Source: an uncultured Veillonella sp.
GTDB taxonomy: Bacteria; Bacillota; Negativicutes; Veillonellales; Veillonellaceae
NCBI GenBank assembly: GCA_900549805.1
Contig: URPV01000001.1
Span: 8,007-72,006, forward strand
DNA length: 64,000 nt
Reading direction: 5' to 3'
This document shows, one piece after another, positions 48,233 through 58,209 of the stretch (its first letter is position 1; each line of letters begins with the position of its first letter). The notes under the pieces are model-generated. The model saw nothing but the letters and a program-made list of their open reading frames with translations. It was not told the DNA's origin and did no database searches. A program made the translations under genes and the position numbers.

Positions 48233-49600
48233 CTAGAACCATACATAGCGGATAATTACTAAGATGGCTAGGATATACATGATCTTAGAGACTTCCTTGG
48301 CCCGACCAGCGATGATCTTGACCAAAGGATAGGCTACGAGGCCAGCGGAGATGCCTTCTGCGATGGAGTAGGCAAAGGGCATAACCGTGATAACCAAGAA
48401 GGCAGGGAAGCCTTCTGTCCAGTCATCAAAGTCGATGTCGCGAATGGCACCGATCATGAAGGCGCCAACCATAACTAAAACCGGTGCAGTAGCACAGTTT
48501 GGTACCAAGACGAGAATCGGTGCGAAGAGGAGGGCGATGAGGAAGAGAATCCCTGTAGCGATGGCTGTGAGACCTGTTTTACCACCGGCTGCAACACCAG
48601 AGGCGGATTCGATAAAGGCCGTTACAGTGGATACCCCCAAGAGGCCGCCTAAGGATACACCGACTGCATCTACGGTCATAGCCTTACCGAGACCAGGGAA
48701 TTCATTGGTCTTAGGGTTGGCGATGCCCGCTTTGGTCGCTGTACCAATCAAGGTCCCCATGGTATCGAAGAGTTCTACAAAGGTAAAGGAGAAGATGATG
48801 GTGATGAGGCCCATATGGAAGGCACCAGGAATATCTAAGGCGAAGATGGCTGCTTGGCTAAAGTCAGGAATCGCCATCAAGGAAAGGTGGTCAGGTAATT
48901 GGGCCACGCCTGTAGCATAGGCTAGGATGGAGGTGACGATAACACCGATGAGGAGGGCACCCCCTACTTTGCGAGCCACTAAGATTGCCGTAAAAGCTAA
49001 AGAGAAGAGGGCTAGAAGGGTTTCTGGATTTTTGAGGTCGCCGAGGGCCAAGAAGGCTTGGGAAGCCGGTGGTGTGATGTTACCACCATGGGCCGCCGCA
49101 GCGGCCAAGATGTCTGGAGCCAGGGAGAGGTTGATGACTACGAGACCAGAGAGTTTAAGGCCGATAAAGGTAATGAAGAGGCCAATACCGGTGGTGATGG
49201 CAATCTTCATAGAGGCAGGAATACCTTCTACGATCATTTGACGGATTCGGGTAGCCGTGAGAATGAGGAAGACGATACCGGAGATGAAGACTGCGCCTAG
49301 AGCTGTCTGCCAGGAGATGCCCATACCCAATACAACCGTAAAGGAGTAGAAGGAGAGAAGGCCAACCCCTGGTGCTAGGGCGATAGGATAGTTGGCAATG
49401 AGGCCCATGAGGATAGATGTAATGCCCGCAGCCAAGCAAGTACCGATGAGGACAGCATCCTTGGACATACCTGCTATAGATAGAATATTAGGGGCTAAGA
49501 AGAGGATGTAGGCCATGGTGATAAAGGTGGTCAAGCCGGCGATAATCTCGGTCTTAACCGTGGTGCCTCGTTGGGTGAGGCCGAAAAGTTTCTCTAACAT
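48233..49600 (-). CDS. NCS2 family (AzgA-like) purine permease
   Basis: EIIAGLTTFITMAYI, ALAPG, FDTMGT, IESASG, GGKTGLTA; AAAGGAG RBS before ATG 49600. Confidence 0.9.
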   Translation of the reverse strand: MLEKLFGLTQRGTTVKTEIIAGLTTFITMAYILFLAPNILSIAGMSKDAVLIGTCLAAGITSILMGLIANYPIALAPGVGLLSFYSFTVVLGMGISWQTALGAVFISGIVFLILTATRIRQMIVEGIPASMKIAITTGIGLFITFIGLKLSGLVVINLSLAPDILAAAAAHGGNITPPASQAFLALGDLKNPETLLALFSLAFTAILVARKVGGALLIGVIVTSILAYATGVAQLPDHLSLMAIPDFSQAAIFALDIPGAFHMGLITIIFSFTFVELFDTMGTLIGTATKAGIANPKTNEFPGLGKAMTVDAVGVSLGGLLGVSTVTAFIESASGVAAGGKTGLTAIATGILFLIALLFAPILVLVPNCATAPVLVMVGAFMIGAIRDIDFDDWTEGFPAFLVITVMPFAYSIAEGISAGLVAYPLVKIIAGRAKEVSKIMYILAILVIIRYVWF

Positions 49601-49794
49601 GAGAAGCTCCTTTCTCATACAATACACGAAGTATATGCTTAGGTAGTAAAGCACTATTTATAAGATTAACTAATAAGCATATCGATAATTATTATGTATA
49701 TATCTATAAATATAGTTTATCATGGGCAAAGTATTTTGAAAATGAATAAATTCGACTATAATAAAGGGGTATTAGAAATTGAGAGGAGTCTGTC

Positions 49795-50223
49795 ATGCGA
49801 ATTTCCACAAAGGGTCGCTACGCCTTGCGTGTCTTGGCTGATATAGCGACAAATGGAACCACTAAGAATGTATCAATCCGAGAAATCGCACAACGACAAG
49901 GTATTTCCGATAAATACTTGGAAGGAATTGTAGCTCGACTTACCACGGCAGGCCTCTTAAAGTCCGTCCGTGGCAAGTATGGTGGCTATCAATTGGTTAA
50001 GGCCCCTGAGGATTATAACGTGTATGAGATTCTCTATGCTGCGGAGGATTCCATTGCCCTGGTGTCATGTTTAGATGATGATGCGGAAGCTTGTCCGGTT
50101 ATGAAGGAGTGTCTGACAGCACCCTTATGGGCCCATTTGCAACATGAATTCAGATTGTCCATGGAGCGTGTATCCCTTCGGGATGTGATGAATCAGTCTT
50201 TCCACTCCTTTGAGGAAGACTAG
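49795..50223 (+). CDS. Rrf2 family regulator (IscR-like, three Cys)
   Basis: ISTKGRYALR, YLE, SVRGKYGGYQL, C-x7-C-x5-C. Confidence 0.9.
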   Translation: MRISTKGRYALRVLADIATNGTTKNVSIREIAQRQGISDKYLEGIVARLTTAGLLKSVRGKYGGYQLVKAPEDYNVYEILYAAEDSIALVSCLDDDAEACPVMKECLTAPLWAHLQHEFRLSMERVSLRDVMNQSFHSFEED

Positions 50224-51555
50224 ATGGGTATGAATAAAAAGGCACATGATGAGCGAGATAGAGAGCTAGGGGGCATGCGCAATGTGTGGATCATCACGCT
50301 AGCCATGATGACCCTGGCAATTTGTTACACTATGTTAGTCCCATTCCTACCTGTCTACCTGTTAGAGTTAGGCGTGGATAAGGATTTAGTAGCTCTCTGG
50401 TCTGGCGCTATTTTTTCCATTACTTTCTTTATCGCTGGTCTTATGGCCCCTATATGGGGAAAAATTGCCGATAAGCATGGCAAGAAGATGATGGCCGTAC
50501 GGGCTGGCTTTGCTATCGGTATTTCCTATATTTTCTTAGGCCTGGCTCAGGGGCCTTGGCAACTCTTGGCAGCCCGTGCCTTTCAGGGATTTGCCAATGG
50601 GTTTATGCCAGCGGCCATGACCATGGTCTCCCTATCCGTTGTAGATAGTCAGGTAGGGGCAGCCTTGGGCATCTTCCAAACAGGTCTCATCTTAGGCAAT
50701 GTGGTAGGGCCTTTTATGGGTGGATTGGTAGAATCTATCGTTGGAATGCGACCTGTCTTCATCGTGTCAGGACTTATCGTAGCCCTTGCAACGGCAGCTG
50801 TTCTTTTCTTGGTAAAGGAACCAAATATGAAAGCGGCCTCTGCTGAGCGTCAAACAGCGTCATCTAAAGAGGTGGACACCTCTGATCAGCTAGATGTGGC
50901 ATCCTCTGACCTAAAGACTGATCAGCCTAAGGCAAAGAAGGCGGCTAGGTCTTCCTCTATCATTAGCGATTTTAAGTTTGTGGCTAAGAATGGTATTTTG
51001 GTTCAACTCCTTTGGCTCTATTTTTTTGTTCAATGCGCCATTATGATGTTGCAACCAATCCTAGCCCTTTATGTGGGCGAAATGAAGGGGACTATGGAAG
51101 GGGCAGCTATGCTGTCCGGTATCATCCTCTCCATCGGAGGTATGGCTGGCACTATTACTACTAACCTCTGGGTTCGTTATGGGCAAAAGAAGGGTTACTT
51201 TAGAGTTATTTTCCTTTGCTTTGTAGGGGGTGGCACGGTTCTCCTTTTGCAGAGTCTTCCCTTTGGTGTCCTTTGGTTTGGGGCCCTCCAGATTCTGGTC
51301 GGTTCCTTCCTAGTAGGGGTTAATCCTTCTTTATCAGCTGCTATAACTCTTAATACGGATCCTAGCTTCCGGGGCCGCATATTCGGTATGACTACAACGG
51401 CCCAACAATTTGGGTCTATGGTGGGTCCTCTCTTCGCCTCTGTCGTATCTACTTACTTGGGTATGCACTGGGTCTTTACACTGACGGGGATCCTCCTCTT
51501 CTACTTAGCTTATAAAGCTTGGCATTTGGATAAGAAGCCTAATCAAAAGGTATAA
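50224..51555 (+). CDS. MFS transporter (MdtG-like) with extended central loop
   Basis: WGKIADKHGKK motif A, ARAFQG, 12 TMs; start uncertain. Confidence 0.85.
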   Translation: MGMNKKAHDERDRELGGMRNVWIITLAMMTLAICYTMLVPFLPVYLLELGVDKDLVALWSGAIFSITFFIAGLMAPIWGKIADKHGKKMMAVRAGFAIGISYIFLGLAQGPWQLLAARAFQGFANGFMPAAMTMVSLSVVDSQVGAALGIFQTGLILGNVVGPFMGGLVESIVGMRPVFIVSGLIVALATAAVLFLVKEPNMKAASAERQTASSKEVDTSDQLDVASSDLKTDQPKAKKAARSSSIISDFKFVAKNGILVQLLWLYFFVQCAIMMLQPILALYVGEMKGTMEGAAMLSGIILSIGGMAGTITTNLWVRYGQKKGYFRVIFLCFVGGGTVLLLQSLPFGVLWFGALQILVGSFLVGVNPSLSAAITLNTDPSFRGRIFGMTTTAQQFGSMVGPLFASVVSTYLGMHWVFTLTGILLFYLAYKAWHLDKKPNQKV

Positions 51556-51693
51556 GCATAGTCTTGCCTAGGTCTCTTTTTCTTTGATAAGGTGAGACCT
51601 ACTTATGTAGCACAGTTATTAGCGTCTATAGTGTTGAGCCCGCCTCTTTAGGGGCTCTTTTTGAAAGCCCTAGAGGCTTATGAGGAGCTAGAA

Positions 51694-52443
51694 ATGACAA
51701 AGATTGGCCCTGTCAGTTTAGGCGGTCGGACTAAGGTCTGCCTACCTATCGTGGCTAAGACCCTTGAAGAGGTCTTAGACCAATGTAAGTCTTTGGCCAC
51801 AAAAACCTATGATGTAACAGAGTTACGATTAGATTTTCTAGGTGACGCCTATTGTAAAAAGACTCTTTTGGCGGCAACACAGGCTGTTCGTGAGGCCCTA
51901 CCTGATAGGGGCCTTATCGCTACCTGGCGGACTCGAGGCGAGGGGGGCGAGAAGGATTTAGATAGGGATGACTACGTTGATCTCCTAAGGAGTTTGATTG
52001 AATCTGGCTCAGCCGATGCGATAGATTTAGAATACTTCTTCGTGCCTCAAGTTATGAAATCGCTTGTAGATCTGGCCAAGGCCAGGGGCCTTACGGTGAT
52101 TATGAGTAATCATGACTTCCACAAGACACCCAGTCGTGAAGAAATCGTAGATCGTTTACTTGGCATGAGGAAGGCTGGGGCTCAGGTGGCTAAGTTAGCC
52201 TGCATGCCTCAGGGACCAGAGGACCTTTTGACACTGTTAGCAGCAACTTATGAGGTCCATAAGGCTTACCCGGACCAAGCTCTTATTACCATGTCCATGG
52301 GGCATCTAGGTATGTTGAGCCGGGTTTGTGGATCTATTTTCGGCAATTGTCTTAGCTTTGGCACAGTTGGTCAGGCCTCAGCGCCAGGACAGGTCCCTCT
52401 AGACCAGTTACAATCCATCCTAAAGCTCCTAGACCAAGAATAG
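51694..52443 (+). CDS. aroD: type I 3-dehydroquinate dehydratase
   Basis: ELRLD, TWRTRGEGG, SNHDFHKTP, KLA, MSMG, SAPGQ; GAGGAG RBS. Confidence 0.95.
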   Translation: MTKIGPVSLGGRTKVCLPIVAKTLEEVLDQCKSLATKTYDVTELRLDFLGDAYCKKTLLAATQAVREALPDRGLIATWRTRGEGGEKDLDRDDYVDLLRSLIESGSADAIDLEYFFVPQVMKSLVDLAKARGLTVIMSNHDFHKTPSREEIVDRLLGMRKAGAQVAKLACMPQGPEDLLTLLAATYEVHKAYPDQALITMSMGHLGMLSRVCGSIFGNCLSFGTVGQASAPGQVPLDQLQSILKLLDQE

Positions 52444-52465
52444 GGATGACTCATAAAGATGTATA

Positions 52466-52510
52466 TAAAAGGCGGTAGTCCATGATTGGTCATGGGCTAC
52501 CGCCTGTTTA
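52466..52510. terminator. bidirectional terminator between aroD and pdxK
   Basis: AGGCGGTAGTCCATGA-ttgg-TCATGGGCTACCGCCT. Confidence 0.75.
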
Positions 52511-52524
52511 CGTCTATTTGATTA

Positions 52525-53328
52525 TTAGTCTCTTAATTGGGTGTGGTCTACAGGCCCAACAAATTGGTTGAGGGCAAAGGAATGTTCTAAGGCTCTGGTA
52601 ATGAGTGCTTTAGCTGTCATGACTGCTTCCTTGACGGAATGGCCCTTGGCCAACTCAGCCGTGATACAGGCCGAATAGGTGCAACCTGCACCATGGGTCC
52701 ACTTAGTAGGTACCTTAGGAGCCCCCATAGGGGTAAAGTTTTGGCCATCGTAGAGGAGGTCAATGGCGATATCTCCGCCGAAACCTTCCCGTCGTTTGAT
52801 GACAACGTTTTTAGCACCTAGTGCATGGATATGCTTAGCTGCTTCCTTAGCATCATCTAAGCTTTGGATCAGGTCCATACCGGCTAATTGGGCCGCTTCA
52901 AAGTCGTTGGGGGTGACTAGACTAGCGTGAGGTAGGAGGTATTTGCGCATGGCTTCCACATTTTCTGGGAAGAGGTTGTGTGGCACGCCATCATTAACCT
53001 TGCAGGCCAAGACAGGATCGATGACAAGAGGTATATCCATATCCTTAAGTAGGGAACCTACGTATTCAATAATCTCAACGGTTGGTAGCATACCTGTTTT
53101 GAGCGCATCTGGACCAACTCCTTGAAGGGCTGTTTTAATTTGCGCTTTGATGGTGTCCATAGGGATAGGGAATATTTGATGGCTCCAAGCCTGGTCTGGG
53201 TCCATGGCGACGATAACAGTGATGGCACTCATGCCATAGGTATTTCTTTCTTCAAAGGTCTTAAGGTCTGCTTGGATACCAGCACCGCCACTCGTATCTG
53301 AACCAGCTATAGTCAATACTTTTTTCAT
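52525..53328 (-). CDS. pdxK: pyridoxal kinase (ThiD-like PdxK)
   Basis: TIAGSDTSGGAGIQADLKTF, VIVAMDP..WSHQIFP, KTGMLPTVEII, DPVLACK, THGAGC, matching the Bacillus-type PdxK pattern. Confidence 0.85.
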   Translation of the reverse strand: MKKVLTIAGSDTSGGAGIQADLKTFEERNTYGMSAITVIVAMDPDQAWSHQIFPIPMDTIKAQIKTALQGVGPDALKTGMLPTVEIIEYVGSLLKDMDIPLVIDPVLACKVNDGVPHNLFPENVEAMRKYLLPHASLVTPNDFEAAQLAGMDLIQSLDDAKEAAKHIHALGAKNVVIKRREGFGGDIAIDLLYDGQNFTPMGAPKVPTKWTHGAGCTYSACITAELAKGHSVKEAVMTAKALITRALEHSFALNQFVGPVDHTQLRD

Positions 53329-53448
53329 AAGGAGATCTCCTCTAATACTGTGTCAAAAGGGATAGCCAGCCTATCATAGGATGGCCCTCCTGGGATTATA
53401 AGTTAGATATATTTAGTATATCACTTTAGCAGAGATTGCAAGCCTTTT

Positions 53449-54687
53449 TTAGACTTCCCCTAAGTGGTCCTTAAAGTCTTGTAGGATGGCATCAACCGTT
53501 TTCTGAGCCTGGCGATGGTGGGCAATGGTGCATTGGGAAAAGGCTTGGTACATAGGTGTTCGGACAGCTTCTAGTTCTTTGAGCTTGTCCAAGCCACCTG
53601 CAGAGAGGGGCCGACCTGCCGTTGCCAATTTGTCTAGGGGTTGCGTTAACTGATAGATACGGCCATTTTGGCGGAGGGGAAGGAAGTTGTCCTCTATGGT
53701 AACAGCGCCACCACCGGTAGCGATTACTAGCCCCCCGCGCTTACCGATGTCTTGGATAGCCTTGGATTCCACCTGGCGGAAGGCAGCTTCTCCTTGGGTT
53801 TGGATGTAGTTGGAGATGGCCCCAATTTCTTTGCTTATCTCTTGATCTATGTCTATGAAAGTCCGTCCCGTTCTTTGGGCTAAAGCCTTACCTACAGTGG
53901 TTTTGCCCACTCCTGGCATACCTACGAGGATGATGTTTTCTTGGTCTCCTTGGAGACTCTTAATTAGCTCTTCTGTTTTGATGAGACTTTCACTTTCCAA
54001 GAAGAGTTCAGAGGCTGCTACTGCCTGGGCAACGAGGAAGGGGAGGCCGTTGACGGCCTTGAGGCCTAATTGTCTCGCCTGTAATAGAAGGCTGGTCCGG
54101 AGGGGATTATAGATGAGGTCTACCACCCCCTCAAGCAGGCTGAAAGGGGCTAGGTCGATGAGTGCTTGAGGGCACTTAGGGTACATACCTACAGGAGTGG
54201 CGTTAATAATAATTTGAGCCTTGTGGTAGAAGTGGTGGACATCTTGGTAGAAGGGGGCTGTCTTACGGGAGAGGTGGATAATCTCCTTGGCGCCCAAGTC
54301 TTCTAAAGCTATGTGTAGGGTGTGGGAAGAAGCTCCATCCCCTAAGATGAGGCAGACCTTACCAGCTACCTCCATATGGCCGTAGTCTAGGCTATAAAGG
54401 AAGCCCAGGTAGTCCGTGTTATCCCCGTGCCAAGCTCCGTCTCGGCGGACCATGGTGTTGACTACACCGGTCTTTTGGGCTCGGTCGGATAGGGTTTGAC
54501 AGGCCTCGTAGGCGGCAATTTTGTAGGGAATCGTCACATTGAGCCCCTGCAGGGATGGATCGGCGAAGAAGTCCGCCAACTGGTCTGGCTCCTTTTCAAA
54601 AAGGGTATAGCTTTCATTACCTAGGGCATGATGGATAGCCGGTGAATAAGAGTGACCTAGGGTTCGCCCCAGTAGTCCAAATTTCAT
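53449..54687 (-). CDS. aroE-aroK: shikimate dehydrogenase - shikimate kinase fusion
   Basis: AroE motifs HSYSPAIH, NVTIPYK, VNT, NTD, NATPVG, DLIYNP; AroK motifs GMPGVGKTT, AFRQVE, ATGGG, RPL. Confidence 0.92.
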   Translation of the reverse strand: MKFGLLGRTLGHSYSPAIHHALGNESYTLFEKEPDQLADFFADPSLQGLNVTIPYKIAAYEACQTLSDRAQKTGVVNTMVRRDGAWHGDNTDYLGFLYSLDYGHMEVAGKVCLILGDGASSHTLHIALEDLGAKEIIHLSRKTAPFYQDVHHFYHKAQIIINATPVGMYPKCPQALIDLAPFSLLEGVVDLIYNPLRTSLLLQARQLGLKAVNGLPFLVAQAVAASELFLESESLIKTEELIKSLQGDQENIILVGMPGVGKTTVGKALAQRTGRTFIDIDQEISKEIGAISNYIQTQGEAAFRQVESKAIQDIGKRGGLVIATGGGAVTIEDNFLPLRQNGRIYQLTQPLDKLATAGRPLSAGGLDKLKELEAVRTPMYQAFSQCTIAHHRQAQKTVDAILQDFKDHLGEV

Positions 54688-54695
54688 AGAACCTC

Positions 54696-55835
54696 CTAGT
54701 TTTCAGGGTAGTTGCCGAGTAAGCGGAATTTATCTTGGGATTCGTGGAGTTCCGCTAAGAGAGACCGGACCCGAGGGTCTACGAGGGACGCCTCAAGGTC
54801 TAGGTAGAATAGGAACTCGAAGTTATGCCCCTGGATAGGGCGGGATTCGATCTTGGTCAGGTTGATTCCCATATTGCCGAATTTAGTCAGTAGGGATCCG
54901 AGGCCACCTGGTGTATGACTAGCGGTGGTAACGATGGAAATTTTGTTAGCCCCTGGGTAGACGGCTAGGTCCTTAGTGATACAGATGAAACGGGTGTAAT
55001 TATTGTCGTTGTTTTGAATGGATCGACGAACGGCTTGCAGGCCGTAGAGTTGAGCACATTGAGGGGCCGCTACTGCAGCGATACCAGCATCTTCCGATTG
55101 GGCTACCATTTGGGCGGCCATAGCGGTATTGGTGTAAGGTTCTAGTTTGATATGTGGGTATTGGGCAAAGAACTCAGAGCATTGGCCTAAGGCTTGTGGA
55201 TGGGAGTAGACCGTATGGATGTCTTCTAGTCTTGTCCCTTCCTTGGCTAAGAGGTCATGGGATATCCATTGCTTGGTGCCCCGCACGATATAGCAGTGCT
55301 TGCGTTCTAAAAGGTCATAGACTTCCTTGACGGACCCATTAGAGGAATTTTCGATGGGAAGGACGCCGAATTGGGCTAGTCCTTCTTCAACGGCGTCGAA
55401 GACAGCTTGGAAGGAGTTGACATAGAGAATTTGGCTCAAGGGTAAGAGCTTATCGCAAGCCATTTGAGCATTAGAACCGAAGATGCCACAGCAGGCCACG
55501 GTTCCTCGTTGTGGAGGTAGGTTGGGGGCTGCTGCCACAGCGGCTTCGATTTCTTTGGTGAAAGCGGTCTCTTTAAAGAGTTCCTCCGCTTGGAAGGTTC
55601 GACTGAGGGAGAAGAGGTTTTCGAAGAAGCGGCGAGCGTAGATGTCCATGTCTGGTCCCGCTTGCGCTGTGATTTTATCTAGAATATCTCGCTCCCGCTT
55701 GGCATCAAAGATGGCCTTGCCCATTTGGGCCTTGGCCTTGGCTACATGAGAAGATAGTTCCATTCGCTCCAAGAAGAGCTTGAGCATTTCATCGTTAATG
55801 CCATTAATCTGGCTACGGGCTTTATCTAAGTTCAT
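54696..55835 (-). CDS. pheA: chorismate mutase / prephenate dehydratase
   Basis: AroQ-type N-terminus (R..IN, ERM, RE), PIENSSNG, SHPQALGQC, NYTRF, ACT domain NLTKIESRP. Confidence 0.93.
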   Translation of the reverse strand: MNLDKARSQINGINDEMLKLFLERMELSSHVAKAKAQMGKAIFDAKRERDILDKITAQAGPDMDIYARRFFENLFSLSRTFQAEELFKETAFTKEIEAAVAAAPNLPPQRGTVACCGIFGSNAQMACDKLLPLSQILYVNSFQAVFDAVEEGLAQFGVLPIENSSNGSVKEVYDLLERKHCYIVRGTKQWISHDLLAKEGTRLEDIHTVYSHPQALGQCSEFFAQYPHIKLEPYTNTAMAAQMVAQSEDAGIAAVAAPQCAQLYGLQAVRRSIQNNDNNYTRFICITKDLAVYPGANKISIVTTASHTPGGLGSLLTKFGNMGINLTKIESRPIQGHNFEFLFYLDLEASLVDPRVRSLLAELHESQDKFRLLGNYPEN

Positions 55836-56916
55836 GGTCAATATCTCCTAGAAAATCTAATATAACGAGCGCTGTTACGGCCTCGATAACGGGAACAGCA
55901 CGAAGGGCTACACAGGGATCGTGACGGCCCTTGATGACTAGCTTGGTAGCCTCCATTTTAGAAAGGGAGAGGGATTCCTGTTCCTTATAGATGGAAGGGG
56001 TTGGTTTAATAGCTACCTGCATGACTAGGGGCATGCCATTGCTGATGCCTCCCTGGATGCCGCCGGAATTGTTGGATTTGGTCTTTACTTGCCCCTCTTG
56101 GATGGTAAAAGGGTCGTTCTCCTGGCTCCCTAGGCGGCAGACGCCGTCAAAACCAGAGCCAAAGGAAATGCCTTTCACTGCTGGTACCCCAAATACAGTA
56201 GCTGCTAAGCGGTTTTCTAAGCCATCAAAGTTGGGATTGCCTAAGCCCAGAGGGAGCCCTGTAGCGAAAACTTCTACGACGCCCCCTGTTGAGTCCCCTT
56301 GGTCGCGGAGTTCTGTCACGATCCGAGTCGCTTCAGCCCGCGCTTGGGGGTTGACCATGGCGATGGGCTCCTTAGCTGCTAAGGCTAGGGCCTTTAGGTC
56401 TGGATTGGTGAAATCTATGGGTTGGTCCTTAATGGGACCTACTTGTTTGAGATGGGCCCCTATGTGGATGCCCTTAGTAGCCAAAATCTGAAGAGCTATG
56501 CCTCCGGCTACGCAGAGGGGGGCAGTAAGACGGGCCGAAAAGTGCCCGCCTCCTCGCATATCCACCTTGTCGCCGTAGCGCGCACGAGCTGTAAAGTCTG
56601 CATGAGAGGGGCGAGGAATATCTCGTAAGTTATTGTAGTCTTTTGAATGTTGGGAGGTATTGCGGATTTGGAAGGCTAGGGGAGATCCACTGAGCATGCC
56701 ATCTACAATCCCAGCCAAAAATTCTGGTTGGTCCGCTTCCTTCCGTTGGGTAGTGAGGGCATTTTGCCCTGGAGCCCGCCGTTGCAAGAAGGCTTGTAGT
56801 TGGTCTAAGTCCACGTTAAAGCCACAAGGAAGACCATCCACTACAGCACCGATTGCGGTACCATGGGAGGCGCCAAAGACAGATACTTGTATATGTTTAC
56901 CGAAGCTACTAGACAT
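55822..56916 (-). CDS. aroC: chorismate synthase
   Basis: GASHG, PRPSHAD, RGGGHFSAR, NNSGGIQGGISNG, KPTPSI, GRHDPC. Confidence 0.97.
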   Translation of the reverse strand: MSSSFGKHIQVSVFGASHGTAIGAVVDGLPCGFNVDLDQLQAFLQRRAPGQNALTTQRKEADQPEFLAGIVDGMLSGSPLAFQIRNTSQHSKDYNNLRDIPRPSHADFTARARYGDKVDMRGGGHFSARLTAPLCVAGGIALQILATKGIHIGAHLKQVGPIKDQPIDFTNPDLKALALAAKEPIAMVNPQARAEATRIVTELRDQGDSTGGVVEVFATGLPLGLGNPNFDGLENRLAATVFGVPAVKGISFGSGFDGVCRLGSQENDPFTIQEGQVKTKSNNSGGIQGGISNGMPLVMQVAIKPTPSIYKEQESLSLSKMEATKLVIKGRHDPCVALRAVPVIEAVTALVILDFLGDIDHELR

Positions 56917-58171
56917 GAGCAGAGCCTCCTAGTTGATTCCAATCGTCGAAAAAGTCTGGGTAGGATTTGGTGATAGCCTGGCTATCCTTGAGCTTGACGG
57001 GGCTCTGTGAGATGAGGGCGGCCAAGGTGCCGGCCATGACCAAACGGTGGTCATTTTGGCAGTCTACTAGACCTCCCTTGAGGGTTCCAGTCCCTTGAAT
57101 GTAGAGATCATCTCCTACTAGGCGGACACAACCACCAAGGTCTCTTACCAAGGCAGCTACCGCTTCAAGGCGGTCTGATTCCTTGATGCGCAAACGAGCC
57201 CCGTTAAGGAAGGTTGATTCTCCTTGGATGCCGCAGGCTAAAGCGGCTAGGACGGGGAGTAGGTCCGGACATTGGCCAAGGTCCACCTCAAGGGGCTGAC
57301 TAGCCTTGCCTGTGATAGTTAGATCAGATCCAGACCAGCTAACTTGGCTGCCCGATTTGGATACGATATCCAAGATGCGACGGTCGGCCTGGATAGAATC
57401 TTTGTTTAAACCCTTAATGGTTAGGGTTTGCCCACTAAGGGCGGTGGCTACAAGCCAGATGGCCGCATTGGACCAATCCCCTTCAATGGCATAGTCTTCT
57501 TGCCCCTTAAAGGAGACCCCTTGGGGAATGGAGAAGGAGGGATAGCCGTTTACACTTAGTCCTTGCTCTACCGTGACACCAAAGTCCTTCATAGTATTGA
57601 TGGTGAGTGATACATAGTCTTTAGATTCTAGTTTACCTAGGGACTCTATCTGACAGGTCCCTACTTGAGGGGCTGCCAGGAGGAGGCCTGAGAAGAATTG
57701 ACTAGATACATTGCCCACCATAGCAAAGTGGCCTCCTCTTAGGTGGCCCTTCATAGTAAAGGGGGGCTTATCCTGTGTAAAGGTCACTCCGTGGTCCTTA
57801 AGTTGTCCCAGGAGAGGCTCTAGGGGGCGTTCTGGTAGACGGCCCTTGGCGTCCACTTGGACCTCTTCACAGAGGGAGGCTGCTACAGGCAGGAGGAGGC
57901 GAAGGGTAGTGCCTGATTCATGAGGGAGGATTTGTCCCACGCGAGGAGCAGGACCTGGTTGAATATGGATGACTTGGTTTTGATAGTCAACTTGAGTTCC
58001 TAAGGATCGCATGGAAGCCATGGTGGCATCGATGTCCTTGGAGGTCCGGCTGAGTTTGATGCTCGAAGGGCCAGTGGCCAAGGCAGCGCAGATGATAGCT
58101 CGGTGGGCATGGGCTTTGGCGGGTATGGCGGCTATGGTACCAGTAGGCACCTGGGCAGTAACAGTATGCAT
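56909..58171 (-). CDS. aroA: 3-phosphoshikimate 1-carboxyvinyltransferase (EPSP synthase)
   Basis: ESGTTLR, VSSQF, EGDWS, LRIKESDR, NDHR, KSYPDF. Confidence 0.93.
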   Translation of the reverse strand: MHTVTAQVPTGTIAAIPAKAHAHRAIICAALATGPSSIKLSRTSKDIDATMASMRSLGTQVDYQNQVIHIQPGPAPRVGQILPHESGTTLRLLLPVAASLCEEVQVDAKGRLPERPLEPLLGQLKDHGVTFTQDKPPFTMKGHLRGGHFAMVGNVSSQFFSGLLLAAPQVGTCQIESLGKLESKDYVSLTINTMKDFGVTVEQGLSVNGYPSFSIPQGVSFKGQEDYAIEGDWSNAAIWLVATALSGQTLTIKGLNKDSIQADRRILDIVSKSGSQVSWSGSDLTITGKASQPLEVDLGQCPDLLPVLAALACGIQGESTFLNGARLRIKESDRLEAVAALVRDLGGCVRLVGDDLYIQGTGTLKGGLVDCQNDHRLVMAGTLAALISQSPVKLKDSQAITKSYPDFFDDWNQLGGSAHV

Positions 58172-58209
58172 AAGTCTTCTCGAATCTCTACAATAGTTTT
58201 GAAAATAGG

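Noticed and set aside
49601..49794. Possible purine riboswitch upstream of the NCS2 permease
   Set aside because: Conserved purine-aptamer motifs (ATATGG loop, TTTCTACC, CCGTAAA) are not present on the minus strand.
53329..53448. Possible TPP riboswitch upstream of the ThiD-like gene
   Set aside because: No CTGAGA or AGCGTAGGGA-type motifs; the protein fits PdxK rather than ThiD.
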